A stretch of 64,000 bases of DNA from Haliotis rufescens (taxonomy: Eukaryota). Below, piece after piece: positions 1-13,221 of the stretch. Both the position numbers and the translations under genes were made by a program. How positions within the stretch are numbered: the stretch's first letter is position 1; each line of letters starts with the position of its first letter. Below the pieces are notes generated by a model that saw nothing but the letters and a program-made list of their open reading frames with translations, had not been told where the DNA came from and did not search any database. The stretch covers positions 868,001-932,000 of the forward strand of contig NW_025963879.1 of assembly GCF_023055435.1 (NCBI RefSeq), in the 5' to 3' direction.

Positions 1-312
1 TTTATAGTAAGATAATCAGAAATATTTAAGAAACACCGGGAACAATTGTTCTCGGTATCTGATAATAGAGTTATGGTTATATGATGGGTAGGAAGCAATA
101 AAAACTGGAATCTTATGGTCTGGGTATTCTTGTATGTAATATAATGAGAAGAATCTAATAACAACAAGGGCCAGGTTCTGATGATGTAGTAATAATTCAG
201 AAGATCGCTTTATGACTGAGATATTACCTCACGACGAGAAATGTTATCTGTAATCGAAAAATGTAATAAGATCAGGACCATTGTTGAAAAGCACATTGTT
301 GTTCATATTTAC

Positions 313-3300
313 CCATCCACGCATCCAGTGACTGTTAACACGGCGTGGTCAGATACCAGCACCCCGGAGCAGTAGTGCTGGCTGTATGTGGTCCTTATTG
401 ACACAACCCAGGGGAACACACATGCCCCACGTGTGCTGTTGAGAGGAAAGGAACCGATGTATCTTCGTTTGCCACAAGTTCCTGGTTGGAAATACATCAC
501 AAAAGTTAATTTAGCTGTTTATGGTAATAGTCTGTTTTGAATGGAACATGAAAATCCCATGAAATCTATGCTTTTTGGTTGCATGATAGTTTGAAAATGT
601 ACGTACTACAACCGGTAGTTTTTCATTGCACAGTGGAGCGATTTAAGCAGAGATTTCTATATATATAAACACATACTTAGGATATTGTCGGAATCGTACA
701 ATAGACTCTGCTTTCAGCAGAAATGTCTTAAGATTAAGTAAAGGGCTTTGACGATTTTTTCTGTGATGAAGGAAAGGGTTTAGTCGCTTTAATTTATGAT
801 TAAAGGAAAGGGTTTTGTGGCTTTTATTTATGAATAAAGGAAAGGGTTTAGTCGCTTTTATTTATGAATAAAGGAAAGGGTTTAGTCACTTTTATTTAAA
901 GTAAAGGGTTTTGTCACTTTTATTTATGATTAAAGGAAAGGGTTTGTCGCTTTTATTTATGATTAAAGGAAAGGGTTTGTCGCTTTTATTTATGATTAAA
1001 GGAAAGGGTTTGTTGCTTTTATTTATGATTAAGGGAAAGGGTTTGTCACTTTTATTTATGATTAAAGGATAGGGTTTGTCGCTTTTACTTATGATTAAAG
1101 GAAAGGGTTTTGTCGCTTTTATTTATGATTAAAGGAAAGGGTTTGTCGCTTTTTTTGTGATTAAAGGAAAGGGTTTGTCACTTTTATTTGTTATTAAAGG
1201 AAAGGGTTTGTCGCTTTTATTTAAAGGAAAGAGTTTGTCACTTTTATTTATGATTAAAGGATAGGGTTTGTCGCTTTAATTTATGATTAAAGGAAAGGGT
1301 TTGTCGCTTTAATTTATGATTAAAGGAAAGGGTTTGTCGCTTTTATTTACGATTAAAGGAAAGGGTTTGTCGCTTTTATTTATGATTAAAGGAAAGGGTT
1401 TGTCGCTTTTTTGTGACTAAAGGAAAGGGTTTGTCACTTTTATTTGTTATTAAAGGAAAGGGTTTGTCGCTTTTATTTAAAGGAAAGAGTTTGTCACTTT
1501 TATTTATGATTAAAGGATAGGGTTTTGTCGCTTTAATTTATGATTAAAGGAAAGGGTTTGTCGCTTTTATTTATGATTAAAGGAAAGGGTTTGTCGCTTT
1601 TATTTGTGATTAAAGGAAAGGGTTTGTCGCTTTTATTTAAAAGGAAATGGTTTTGTCGCTTTTATTTATGATTAAAGGGAAGGGTTCAGTCGATTTTATT
1701 TAAAGGAAAGAGTTTGTCACTTTTATTTATTATTAAAGGAAAGGGTTTGTCGCTTTATTCATGATTAAAGGAAAGGGTTTGTCGCTTTTTATTTATGATT
1801 AAAGAAAAGGGTTTGTCGCTTTTATTTATGATTAAAGTAAAGGGTTTAGTCGTTTTTTATTATGATTAAATGAAAGGGTTTTGTCGCTTTTAGTTATTAT
1901 TAATGGAAGGGTTTTGTCGCTTTTATTTTACCTAAGTTGTTAGGTTTACTGCCAAATTGACAAAGGTTGTTTTGAAGAGAATATAAAGATCCAATGACAT
2001 GAATTTCGTTTAATTACGATTTACAAATGCACTTAAAACTACCAATACTTCATCCTTGCTTTGACTTTAGTGTTTTTATTTCTACGACACCTTGGCATGT
2101 TAAGTTTCCCACCTGTTGAGGTAGACCCATGTAAAGTTGTTTCAAAGCTTGAAAACGTTACAGCAGATGTGTCGACTCTGGGTGTCGTCGTCCATGTTGG
2201 TAATGGTGTCGGTACTGTTGTTTCCCTTGGAAATGTATCTGTGGTAGTTGTAGAGTTGGGAGACATCCTAGTGACAGGCATGCAGCAGGTTGACCTGAAG
2301 TGTGGGCATGTTGTTGGCAAGGAATACTTCGTCTCGTAGTCTGGCATGCACCACTGTCGGCAAATACCACCAATGTACCAGCACGCTGTGAATGGACATC
2401 AACATGAGCATTTACAGAACACAGTTGCCAAAGCTTTATGTTTTATATCAATGAACATTATTTTCACATGTGTACTTGTCGTCTTGGACTTGTATGAGTT
2501 TTGAAAATTTGGAATAGCAACAGAGGCTACTATTATATTGATTGCTTTACTATAACATGACATGATTCAGCTAATACTACAAAAAACTATCAAGAACCCG
2601 ATTTCATTGAATGTAATAAAATTGGCATTAATGCAGTGTAATATGTTACGGTATACCTCACTAAGTTATGCCTTTTACCCATGAAATGTATTTATTATGC
2701 CACATGTACTTACGTAGTGCCACGCAGCAGGTGCCCTGGTACCCCATGCCGTTGTTGCAGTAGTCTAAGCCGAGGTTGACCTCCACACGGTGACACAACC
2801 CCCGACATTCCCCGCCATAACGAAGGTGGCACACTAAACATATAGAACGGTTAATTTACAGGTCAGAGCCCAGTTTATGTAGTAACTGCAAGACATGGAC
2901 ATGTGATGGCATTCCTAACATGTCTTTACAGCAAGGGAATCATTTCTTGGCATAATATGTGTTATAGATTAGCTGAAATATTAAACAAAACGAAAAGAAA
3001 TCACTGATATTCTGCTTACCTAGAGATACACGCCATTGATCTTAATTGCATTTAACTTAAACACAACATGTATGGCTGATATAAATAGTGCCTTAGTTGC
3101 ACATCAGTATCATAAATATATATACATGTAATATTATCATAATATTTTATAACTGATATAACACTGGACAAGTATTCATTTTGCATTTATATTTGTTTTG
3201 TCAGTTAGCAGAGTAAATCATGTCAGTACATCAGCCTCTTTCTTACAATACACGAAAGAATACGTACGTGACCAAAAGAAATATTGTGCGCAAACAGCTT

Positions 3301-3343
3301 GCAGATAAAACAACCAACAAACACACAGTATCCAAAATAACAT
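313..3343 (-). CDS. G1: secreted serine protease homologue with two beta-defensin-like modules (3' part beyond left edge of window)
   Basis: Exons (minus): 3343-3268 signal peptide MLFWILCVCWLFYLQAVCA-QYFFWS; probable 21-nt micro-exon 3040-3020; 2833-2714 CHLRYGGECRGLCHRVEVNLGLDYCNNGMGYQGTCC; 2385-2113 CWYIGGICRQWCMPDYETKYSLPTTCPHFRSTCC plus Thr-rich linker; 481-313 GTCGKRRYIGS...CVFPWVVSI...HYCSGVLVSDHAVLTVTGCVD. TAAHC has become TVTGC (catalytic His lost). All introns GT-AG with compatible phases. Confidence 0.85.
765..1930. repeat. ~30-bp minisatellite in a G1 intron
   Basis: Roughly 38 copies of TTTATGATTAAAGGAAAGGGTTTGTCGCTT with small indels. Confidence 0.95.
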
Positions 3344-4052
3344 CCCAGTTACAGTTGAAGGTGCTGATCCTGTGGCGCCTGTTCAAGAAGATCCCCATTC
3401 TGTACCACGCTCTTGTACAAGCTCCTCGAACCTTCAACTTTTTGCGTTTCACCAGGCTTTGTTAACTATTTCTTCTATCAGTGTGAAAATCACGCCCGAA
3501 TCGGTCAAACTCTTAACTTGTCAAACGACAATGACACCCAGCCTGCACATATGCAAGTTATGTATGGCCTCGTGCTTTCAGACTTCAAGACTAATAAGAT
3601 CACACTCTCCACAGCTTTGAACTCTCGCCCTAACCCTAGACAGATACATGTTATGGGTGTTTGTTCACGAATCCGTCTCGGATCGTAGAAACATGTTCTC
3701 TTCCTATGTAAATAAAACTGCAAGAAAACTACGACGTAATGACCACTCGTATGTTTATGTATTTTAACGTGATGCTGCACAAAAAGCATCTCAATCCTTG
3801 TAAAACATTGTGAGGTGCATATGAAGTGAATCCATCGCAACTTTCAATGTTCTTGATACTATCGAACACGTGTAACTGTGTTAGTATTAAATGAATAACT
3901 TAAGAACTAAAAAGAACTAAAGAAACTGATCACAATGTATCACCATGCAGCAAAACGTATAGCCAATACCATCTGCATTTTGACAACTTTGATAAATTCT
4001 GGTCGTCAGGCCAATCTTTGTTGACAAACTGATTTGTCATATATTTTAGGTT

Positions 4053-4232
4053 NNNNNNNNNNNNNNNNNNNNNNNNNNNNNNNNNNNNNNNNNNNNNNNN
4101 NNNNNNNNNNNNNNNNNNNNNNNNNNNNNNNNNNNNNNNNNNNNNNNNNNNNNNNNNNNNNNNNNNNNNNNNNNNNNNNNNNNNNNNNNNNNNNNNNNNN
4201 NNNNNNNNNNNNNNNNNNNNNNNNNNNNNNNN
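4053..4232. other. Assembly gap (others at 6299-6508, 38792-38965, 45349-45485, 46933-47075)
   Basis: Runs of N. Confidence 1.
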
Positions 4233-5728
4233 AAGGCTGTACTTGTTTATGTAAATAGATCCATTTCTGCATCAATGGTGTTGATATTTGCATGAAATTT
4301 CAGCCAAAAACAGAGTCGATTGTACGATTCCGACTATTTGATGGCCATAATCACAATGAAAACAGCTGCATATGTTTGATCACTCACTATGAATGTTGTC
4401 AATCCTGGAATTGTATGTGGAATTGAAGCCATACTGTACTGGAAATACATTTTTCAACAAATAATAGCAATAATCTTGATTATTTTACGCATCTATTGTA
4501 GACTAACGTTCTTGCATGCTGATAAATGTTCACTAATACTCCTCACTTAATTCGACACATCAGCATGCTTATTTACACTTTTTTGGATTATTACAGTTGC
4601 TGTTGAAAGTGGTTTACTGAATCTTGTCGATCTGCAGGGTGATGGCAGAAAGGAGAGCTCTGAAGTGTCTGAAGACAAGGCTAAAACCCTTTCACAAAAA
4701 CATAACAGAAAACGAATATTTACATTTCGTGTGTTATTATTTTAATATTCAAAAATAGACAAGTATCAGGTAGCCTGTTGTAATTATGTTGTGGTAATTC
4801 CTGCATTAGGTATGTAAAACATGTTTATACACCAAAAGAACTATAGGCCTCAAGACCAAATGTACCAATAAACTGGTTCTGATCGTGGTGACTGATACTT
4901 TTAGATTTCATATTCCTCCTAATAGACAGACAGACAATTTTATAGAATAGAACTGAAGTAACACGATGTCATACTTCTGTCGAAGCTGATTAACAGCTCC
5001 GCTTCTGACATGTCTTGAAAGCACAACCGATGAAGAAAGGGGTAATATTCAGGCTGATGTGTATATGTTACTGTGAGATTGTGAAACTAGGGAATTCGTG
5101 GATTTCTGAATATGATCCTGTGAAATTCCAATCCTGTGAAATTCCTATATTACTTTTGACAACAAGCACAAAGACGTTTTGTGCAGTTCATCCCATACAA
5201 TACCATGATTAAACAAGTAATGAATAACAAAAAGAAATGTTAGTCAAATTCTATATTCTACCTGAATCAACTCTTGTCAACATCCCCATACACAGAATGT
5301 AATAAATGTTTATGTATTGCAACAGCTGAATCTGTTAAAATTCAATTATTTCTTGTCAATGTACCATAAACAGGAAAAGACACAGAATACACGATTTATT
5401 GCAACAATTGAGGATGTGGTGGCATCAACAGTTACAATATAATTTTGACTGGGTTAACTCTTTCCACAAGGTATCTCTATGACAGCAACTCACCAAAACA
5501 TAATCAAATTACTAGTAATTCACTTTAAGTAATTCACGAAATCCCTAGTTTCACAATATATCTACCATATATATCTAGAGAGTACATGTACATCGGCTGA
5601 TATACACTGATTTGAAATAAAGTAATACAGTATAGTTTGGCAACCCTTCCCTCACATGTATAGGCATCACACTGCCTTAAAACAAATATAATCTCACTAT
5701 ACATTGCTTTGCTGTGACCCAAATGCTT

Positions 5729-7933
5729 CTACAGGTTTTGAAGAATCCATGGAATATGTCCCCGAACATCCGTATAAACCACAGGAAGTGTTTGTGAACA
5801 TGCGTTGTCGCTGATGACACCAATGAGCGTCCACACGTTCGGCTGTTGTTCACAGACCAGCATTCCACCGTTGTCTCCCTGAACAAATATCAAAGTACAA
5901 TCAACAATCAAAGTCTGATATAACGAAGAATGTTGTATCGAAGTCTTTTTGAGCTATGGACAGACCACAGCTGTACAGTCCATGACTATACTAGACAAAT
6001 TAGATACATGTACTATTCATCTGCACAAATGTGATTCGTTTGAATGTAGCATTTGCTTTCAAATAAATGCGCGCGTGGTTCTAAAGCACTACAGTGTAGT
6101 GATTAGAGCGTATGCCCGGAGACCGGAATTCCTACCAAAAGACGTTAGACGATTATTCTTGTTATTACCCTGCCTGGTACTCCGCAAAAAGGAGATGGAA
6201 CAAGAACTGGTCGTCTAGGTGCCAGTATGCTGTGTCTGATATAGGTATACAAACTGTGTGTTAGTGCTATAACTTCGACATAATTATGCATTAATCTANN
6301 NNNNNNNNNNNNNNNNNNNNNNNNNNNNNNNNNNNNNNNNNNNNNNNNNNNNNNNNNNNNNNNNNNNNNNNNNNNNNNNNNNNNNNNNNNNNNNNNNNNN
6401 NNNNNNNNNNNNNNNNNNNNNNNNNNNNNNNNNNNNNNNNNNNNNNNNNNNNNNNNNNNNNNNNNNNNNNNNNNNNNNNNNNNNNNNNNNNNNNNNNNNN
6501 NNNNNNNNAGTGCAATAATCTTGAACACGATGATAAACCCCGTTTTACCTCACCTCACTTCAAACATGTGGTCGTCATATACCTAAATTACCACGCTGTA
6601 ACCAAAATGAACTTTGCCATATATAAACATGATACTGATGGTATTAATGAATGCAACAGGAAAGACTAATAAGAAAACAAAAGATAAAAATGTTGTCAAA
6701 TGGAACTACCCAGCAGATGAGGCAACCCATTTTACCTAAGCTATGCATAACATTTACCTGGCAAGCATCTGTGCGGTCTATGAAAGGAGCAGAACACAGC
6801 TTATCCGGAGGTAGTTGGGAATTCACTCCTAATGCTAAGACGATGGAACACACCGCGTTGTTGACCACGTTCACACGGGACTCATGCAACAAGCCATCGG
6901 AAGCTGAAACGAATCTTACGTTTCTTAAGATGGAGCAACTATGGACAAAAACCTTAGTCGATAATGCACCCAAGGAAAGTTTATTTATGTAGAATGTAAT
7001 GCTACATGTGAACCAAAAACGACAGAGGTTAGTTAGTAAAGGGTTGAGGCGATATCATATTTCGTCACCTTCGGGGCACGTACGGTATGATATAACAGGC
7101 AAATTCCTTTCTTCCAGTCTGTTCCCTTAGCTGACGTGTAAGAAATAATTATTACACATATTGATAATGGTACAATACTGAGTATGAGAACTGGTTTTAC
7201 ATAAATTCGAATTTTATTGCAACTTCTGTCAACGGAAGCTGACGATTCTAGCATATATTCTAACATGTACACTTGATTGTCTGGTGTGTTTTCATGCCGC
7301 TGTCACATAGCAGGAGTACTGACTTGCGGTGTCAGGCTGCAAACACATACCTTTGAGGCATACTGAGTGGCGGATGCTACCGATAGGGCAAGACATGCTT
7401 AGTTACATTTTTCGCTCACACCTAATCTCATCACTGAGTTTCAGTGATCCATTCACATAATGTTCACTGCTAGTGTGTATTTTACACTCAGTGGAATCTG
7501 ATTCGTTGGACAATCGAGGCTGGCTATTTTCAAGCATTGAAGCATAATATTTATATGATGAATTAAATTGATATCCATCGATGCCAAACATACCTGCATT
7601 AAAACCCCACCCAGCGATAAAGCATCTGGTGGCGGGGAGGATGTCTTCACCTGCACGAGGCAGGCAGGCTGGCTGGGCGGGGGCAGGAGCAGATGACTCC
7701 AAAGTAAGGATTGCTATATCATTGCCTGTGGAGTATAGGTGACTATTTCACAAATGAAATTTTTAAAACATTTGTGAAATCAAAATAAATTCAAAAGAGT
7801 GATTTCTTACTCGAATATACATTGTACAGTGCTCAATACATCACTTAAATAAAAATTCTTGATGGAAGGGCTGATTTAAATTTGTCTTTGCCACACCATT
7901 GTGTATTGTGGACTCAAACAAGAATACTAATGT

Positions 7934-8004
<71 letters not shown>

Positions 8005-11000
8005 CATACATTCATACATCTTCTAATATTTATCATTAATGGCAGTTTTCCTATTCTTATAAATATAACAGTCGTCTATATTCACGAATTTACATTCAAT
8101 GATCTTTATGTGGAGACACGCGGGTTTCGCCAAAATGGTGTACGTCCGGCATCATTTAGTCTTCCGATCCACTTTTAGCTGATACGCGGTGAAATTCAGT
8201 TCCACATACTAAATCTGCAACATACATTCATCATTCATTCAAGACCAATCAAGTTCATAAGGAACACATATGCTTACACATCTATAAGCATGCATATTAG
8301 AATAGTCAGATACATTCAAATGTACCATGCATATGCATGTTCATTTATGTATCGATCATTCACCAACGCACCATACACTATTCAGAGCAAAGTACCTTGC
8401 AACGTGTCCCCGGGCCGTGGTGGGCCGAAGGCTGGATGGACAATGGTGCCACGAACACGAATGTCTGTTTCTCCAATTTCTCCCTGGTTGTTTATATTGT
8501 TTTCTGTGATGGTCACATACATGGTCGAAGCACTGAGGGGCATACAATGTTAGGATGAAAATACATATGTCGCTTTAACTTGACCAAACAATAATTAAAT
8601 CCGCTTTACAAAATGTGTTAACGTAGTTCCTGTATCATTTTGTCGGAGACGATTTCGCGATTTGCCCAAACATCTGGTATAATAACTATATTATAAACAC
8701 TTCTTATGATTATAACAAGGGTTGTGTCTTTTTTTACTATCAAATATGTATTCTGAACACAAGAAACGTTAACTTCATCCAAGTTTGATGAAAATATTAT
8801 CTTATCATCCTTGGATATCTACCCTGAAAACAATACCTTTCGGCACAGCTGGCCGTGGTTAGGACCCTGTTGTTTCTAATGAGTACTCCAGCACATATGT
8901 GTGTGCCGCTGGATGGCGAACCAGTCTTGATGGATACCATCCAGGGCCACTGAGAAGGAGAGTCCACAGGGCTGCCTCCCAGGATCCGTGGTCTAAAGAT
9001 TCGTCTTCCTCCACAGTCTGGTATAATTGTGATGACATACAAAGAGGATATTAGTCGAGTTTCCGTATGGTAAATATATTAATAATATATCAGGAATTTA
9101 TATGCAGTGTGCGGGCCTCTTCTGACTGCTCTAATTTCATGCAATAATCTCATGTATGTGGCTCAGTGTATACGTATAAACGAATTAGATTTCTACAGAC
9201 ATTTTATTGTTGTTATGCCATATGGTACATGTGATAAATCAGGGAAAGTTAAGGAAAGCTGGTCTCTTAAAGGATGGGTGACCGTGTTTGGCAAGCTTGA
9301 ATCCTGAGCTCTTCTCGAGCTCTGATCATGCCTCACACTGAAGGCAAGTTGTGGTGTTTATTTAGGCAATTGATTTTGATTAAAATATGCCTCAGTTTAC
9401 TGAGCAGTGAATGGGTACCCGGAGAATCAGATGGTAATGCGATAGCTTAGTTCCTATACTCCTCGTAGAGCTGAGAATGAAATTCGAATTAAGAGTGATC
9501 GATCTACCAGGGTAATAATGGTGCGCTTTGAAAATGATATCCAGCATGGAAAAGCGAGATAGAAATGGAATGCTATTACTTGAAACATCAATGTCTAAAG
9601 AGTATAAATCAGAATTATGTTCGTTTCGAAAAAAGAATAGGGACAAACAATAACAAGCTCAAATCAACAATCTATACACATGAACCACCTCTTTGTCATT
9701 CCATCAGGGAAATTCGCAACTCTTTAACATACATTCCTTGGTGGTTCATAAATTGGATACATCTGAACTGGACCCGTGAAGATCCGGGTTAGAATAGGTC
9801 TTCAGCATCCATGCTTGCCGTAAAAGGCGACTAGGCTTGTCGTAAGGGGTGGTCAGGCTCGCTGACTTGGTTGATGCATGTCATCGAACCCAATTGCGTG
9901 GATCGAAGCTCAGGATATCAATCTTGTCTGGTCCAGAGTGCGGCGTTAACAACCAGCCAACCAACATCTGAACAGATGGGGCCTTTAACTGACTCATCAT
10001 CTGATGAAGGGACAAGTAGCACTGAGATGTCATTATGAACAATAAATAGGTTGTTATCCAAACAATGTTTCACTTTTCAATACTTTAAATCAAATAACAT
10101 AGATAAGCATGTCTTACTGGAGAATATGTTTGGTCTGGAGGTAGGGGCGACAGGTTGCATTGTGAATGGCCCAAATGACCTATCGCCCTCGGGCCTTCTC
10201 AGGCAACATGTCTGTTGCGAGTTGAAACATCGCACTTTGTATGTGTACTCCGTCTCTGTTAAACTGAGACATCCACTTTGGCGACATACTCCACCATAAG
10301 CTGAACAAGCTACAAAAAACAAACAGACAATTTAGTATTACCAGGACTCCGGCTTGTTGTCCTTGACATCACATACTGCCGTCATGTTATGTACCTACAT
10401 GTGATCTCATTATCAATCACCGACGATCCCAGTGGGAGTTCTGGGTTAGAATAGACCCCCATCAACACGTGACCCACCAGGAGAAAAGGAACCTTATGGG
10501 TCCTGCGTACAATTGTGCAGTGACGTCATAAAGAAAGAAGTTTGACGTCAACTTAGTTCCGTTAAAATGGTCATGTGTGCGGACTGTTATAAGTCTGAAA
10601 ATGGGACTTTGCAGAAAAATATTTCAAATGTTTAATGCCATGCATCACAGTAATTGATATGAATTGAAGCTTATGAATTGCATTTAATAGCCTAGGATTC
10701 CGTAGTTTTAAAATGTTTTACGAAGTCAAAATGTGATTTTTCACCAATAAGGTCCCTCATCTGATGGTTGGTCACAATTATGCTCATAACGTATTCGCGG
10801 CTGCATGGATCGGATAGTCAGGGCTACAATTCCTTATGGCAAAGTGAATGAATGACTTAAAGACAACCTTGAGTTTTATTTCTGTTATATATGTTACAGT
10901 CAATGTGTAAATTCAGTCAATTTGTTAAATGATTAAAAGTTTCACTGAGGCAATTTACAAAATGCCAAACATTTCAGTCATTTTAAAATCATTTTTCCGT

Positions 11001-12403
11001 CGGATTGAATTAAAGTTATTGAGGAGTTGGAAAGGGCTTAAAAACATCGCAACATGCTAATTATGCTAGGATGAGAAGCCAAAAAAAGTAAACAAAATAT
11101 ACATTGATTTTTAATCCTATTATTTGTAGTCACTTGGTGATAAAATTAGGGTATAAAAATGTCTGAAATTCGTTATCATGATATAATAAATGGAAACAAT
11201 AATTGTAAAATGACTGAAATTTTAAATTGCCTAAGTAAACAAATTCGTCATTTTACTTAACATATACAACGCTATTTAGCTGTGAACATGAAGATGATGT
11301 ATTTAGTATACATTTTCACTTTAGCACACGTAGCTATGGCGCTGACAACCACAATCAACAACACCAAGTATATCCAGGAATGCAACTCGGCACATCAAAT
11401 CTATGTGACTGCAGCGTTTTAGACCATAATTCAATATGTAAATGTTATCCATCCCGACCAAGCATGAGGACCCTATATTTATTGCACCTGAAACCAATGA
11501 TCTCCACGTCCCTGGGCACTGCAGCAACGTTAAAGTATTGTAAATGTAGACAGTCGTAACATGGTGAACTTCTGTAAAATAGTTTGGGGATACATGGCTT
11601 CATCGAATGGATATAAGTATACATACGTAGCTCGGCAGCGCAGCATGTTCCTAAAGCTCCAAATCCACACGGCACTGGCCCTAACATGAACTCCCCAGGA
11701 TCACACGATGCCCTGCACTGACCACAGAACCGCCAGCATCGGTTTCTGGCTGTTAAAAGACTGTGTGTGATTATGTAGATCTTAGTCATACCCGTTCCTC
11801 AAAAGTCATCCAATGCAAAGCATTTCTCAATCAATGCAGCATATGATTAGAAGAATTGAAATACACTGCCGGGCAAAAGAAAGTATACACACACGTTTGT
11901 CGGTGGCTACACATGATACGGACAAGAAATGGATATTCAGTGGTGATGTTTTTGATACGGGTATCATAGTTTTTTACCTTAAGTTTGCAGTGTTTCGGCG
12001 ACTGTTTTCAGTTTAGAAACGTTTTGATAACGTTTGTAGTTTATAAACCGAAAACGTTACAACTTTTCATCAGTTACTTACATATGTGTTGCTTCTGAAT
12101 GCCATGATCCAAAGACATTGGTTCATATATACGTAACTCTGTTTTAGAACTCAAACGTATATTTTACAGTCCATCACCAAGAAAATATACAAAACATTTC
12201 CCTTGTAAATTGTACTAGTGCTATTAGATAAACTACATTGTACATGAATGCAATACAAATGACAGGATACAAACACTCATAACATGAACGACGATTGACA
12301 AACAAATCACCTCTTATTACTCACCGAAACGAGAATAGAATAGAGCCTCAACGTTCGGAGACGTGAAGATAACTTCTAAAATCAGAAGAGCTAAAACAAG
12401 CAT
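5729..12403 (-). CDS. G2: secreted non-catalytic serine protease homologue (~379 aa) with two beta-defensin-like modules
   Basis: 8 exons: 12403-12325 (MLVLALLILEVIFTSPNVEA-LFYSRF), 11749-11627, 10309-10118, 9017-8837 (PR|ILGG, QWPW, TTASC), 8532-8396, 7725-7594 (NDIAIL, CLP, CFIAGWG), 6903-6758 (DACQ), 5878-5729 (GDNGG...stop). Spliced length 1140 nt, open frame. His57->Ser, Ser195->Asn, Asp102 kept. Confidence 0.93.
6095..6275 (+). mobile_element. Degenerate SINE family C copy
   Basis: TACCAAAAGACG...TTACCCTGCCTGG...ACTGGTCG. Confidence 0.6.
7936..7993. repeat. (CA)n microsatellite
   Basis: Direct reading. Confidence 0.95.
9771..9965 (+). mobile_element. SINE-like family A copy (internally deleted)
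   Basis: GACCCGTGAAGATCCGGGTTAGAATAGG...GGTGGTCAGGCTCGCTGACTTGGTTGA...GGCGTTAA, shared with the other family A copies. Confidence 0.8.
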
Positions 12404-12443
12404 GGTGGTCCGCAATCCTTGTCACTTTGACAGCACAAGACTC

Positions 12444-12452
12444 TTTATATAT
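12444..12452 (-). promoter_or_regulatory. Probable TATA box of G2
   Basis: TATATAAA on the minus strand ~40 nt upstream of an ATG in ACCACCATG context. Confidence 0.55.
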
Positions 12453-13089
12453 TGCTTACACTAATGCCACCTTTGTTTGCAGAGTAGAGAAGGCATCTTG
12501 GAATTATCTGTCGTGTAGGTGATGTTGTGATGGTTCAGATCATAAAATGCATGGTCTCCTCTGCGTTTTAGATTATCATTATAGGTACAGTCTGTTATGA
12601 TTGGTTCAGTTGTATTTGTTTCCCGTCTCAAGTAAAATACCTCTGTGTACGGCGGCTAATCACAAGCTTTCTTGGTGCGGATTACTAGCACAAGTGCGGA
12701 CAAAAAGGCGTTGGACTGACCTTTAAACGTGTTGGGCTTTAATGAAAGATGAGAGGGATAAACGAGTTTTAAAAGTATTGAAATGTCAACACCGAAACGA
12801 CTGTCCACGCAAGAACGCATGGTATTCATCTGGTGTATTGTTTGCTGGACATTTTCCTAAGAAAAATTGAAAGTCATTCAACATCCTTGTACACTGGTGT
12901 AGCTTATTGTATTCATCAGCACACACCGGTGGCCCAATCGTATGAGGCTCAGTAATTTTCTGTCCAATGTTGCGTTCCTAAGTCTTGCCATAAACCTTGA
13001 TCGTGGGTTTGAATCTCGTTCTGATTATATTCCTAGATTTGTAATCACCATGGCCGTGCTTGTGGTTTTCACCATAATATAGGATAGCA

Positions 13090-13221
13090 TCGCGCATCAA
13101 ATTGACAAGCTTGATGCTCATAATGTCTATCACTGGACTGTCTGATCCAAACTCGATTATGTACAGACCGTCGTCATATAGGTGGAATATTGCTGAGTGC
13201 GGCGTTAAACAAACAACAAAC
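13090..13221 (+). mobile_element. SINE-like family A, 3' part
   Basis: CACTGGACTGTCTGATCCAAACTCGATTAT...ATATTGCTGAGTGCGGCGTTAAACAAACAAC. Confidence 0.75.
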
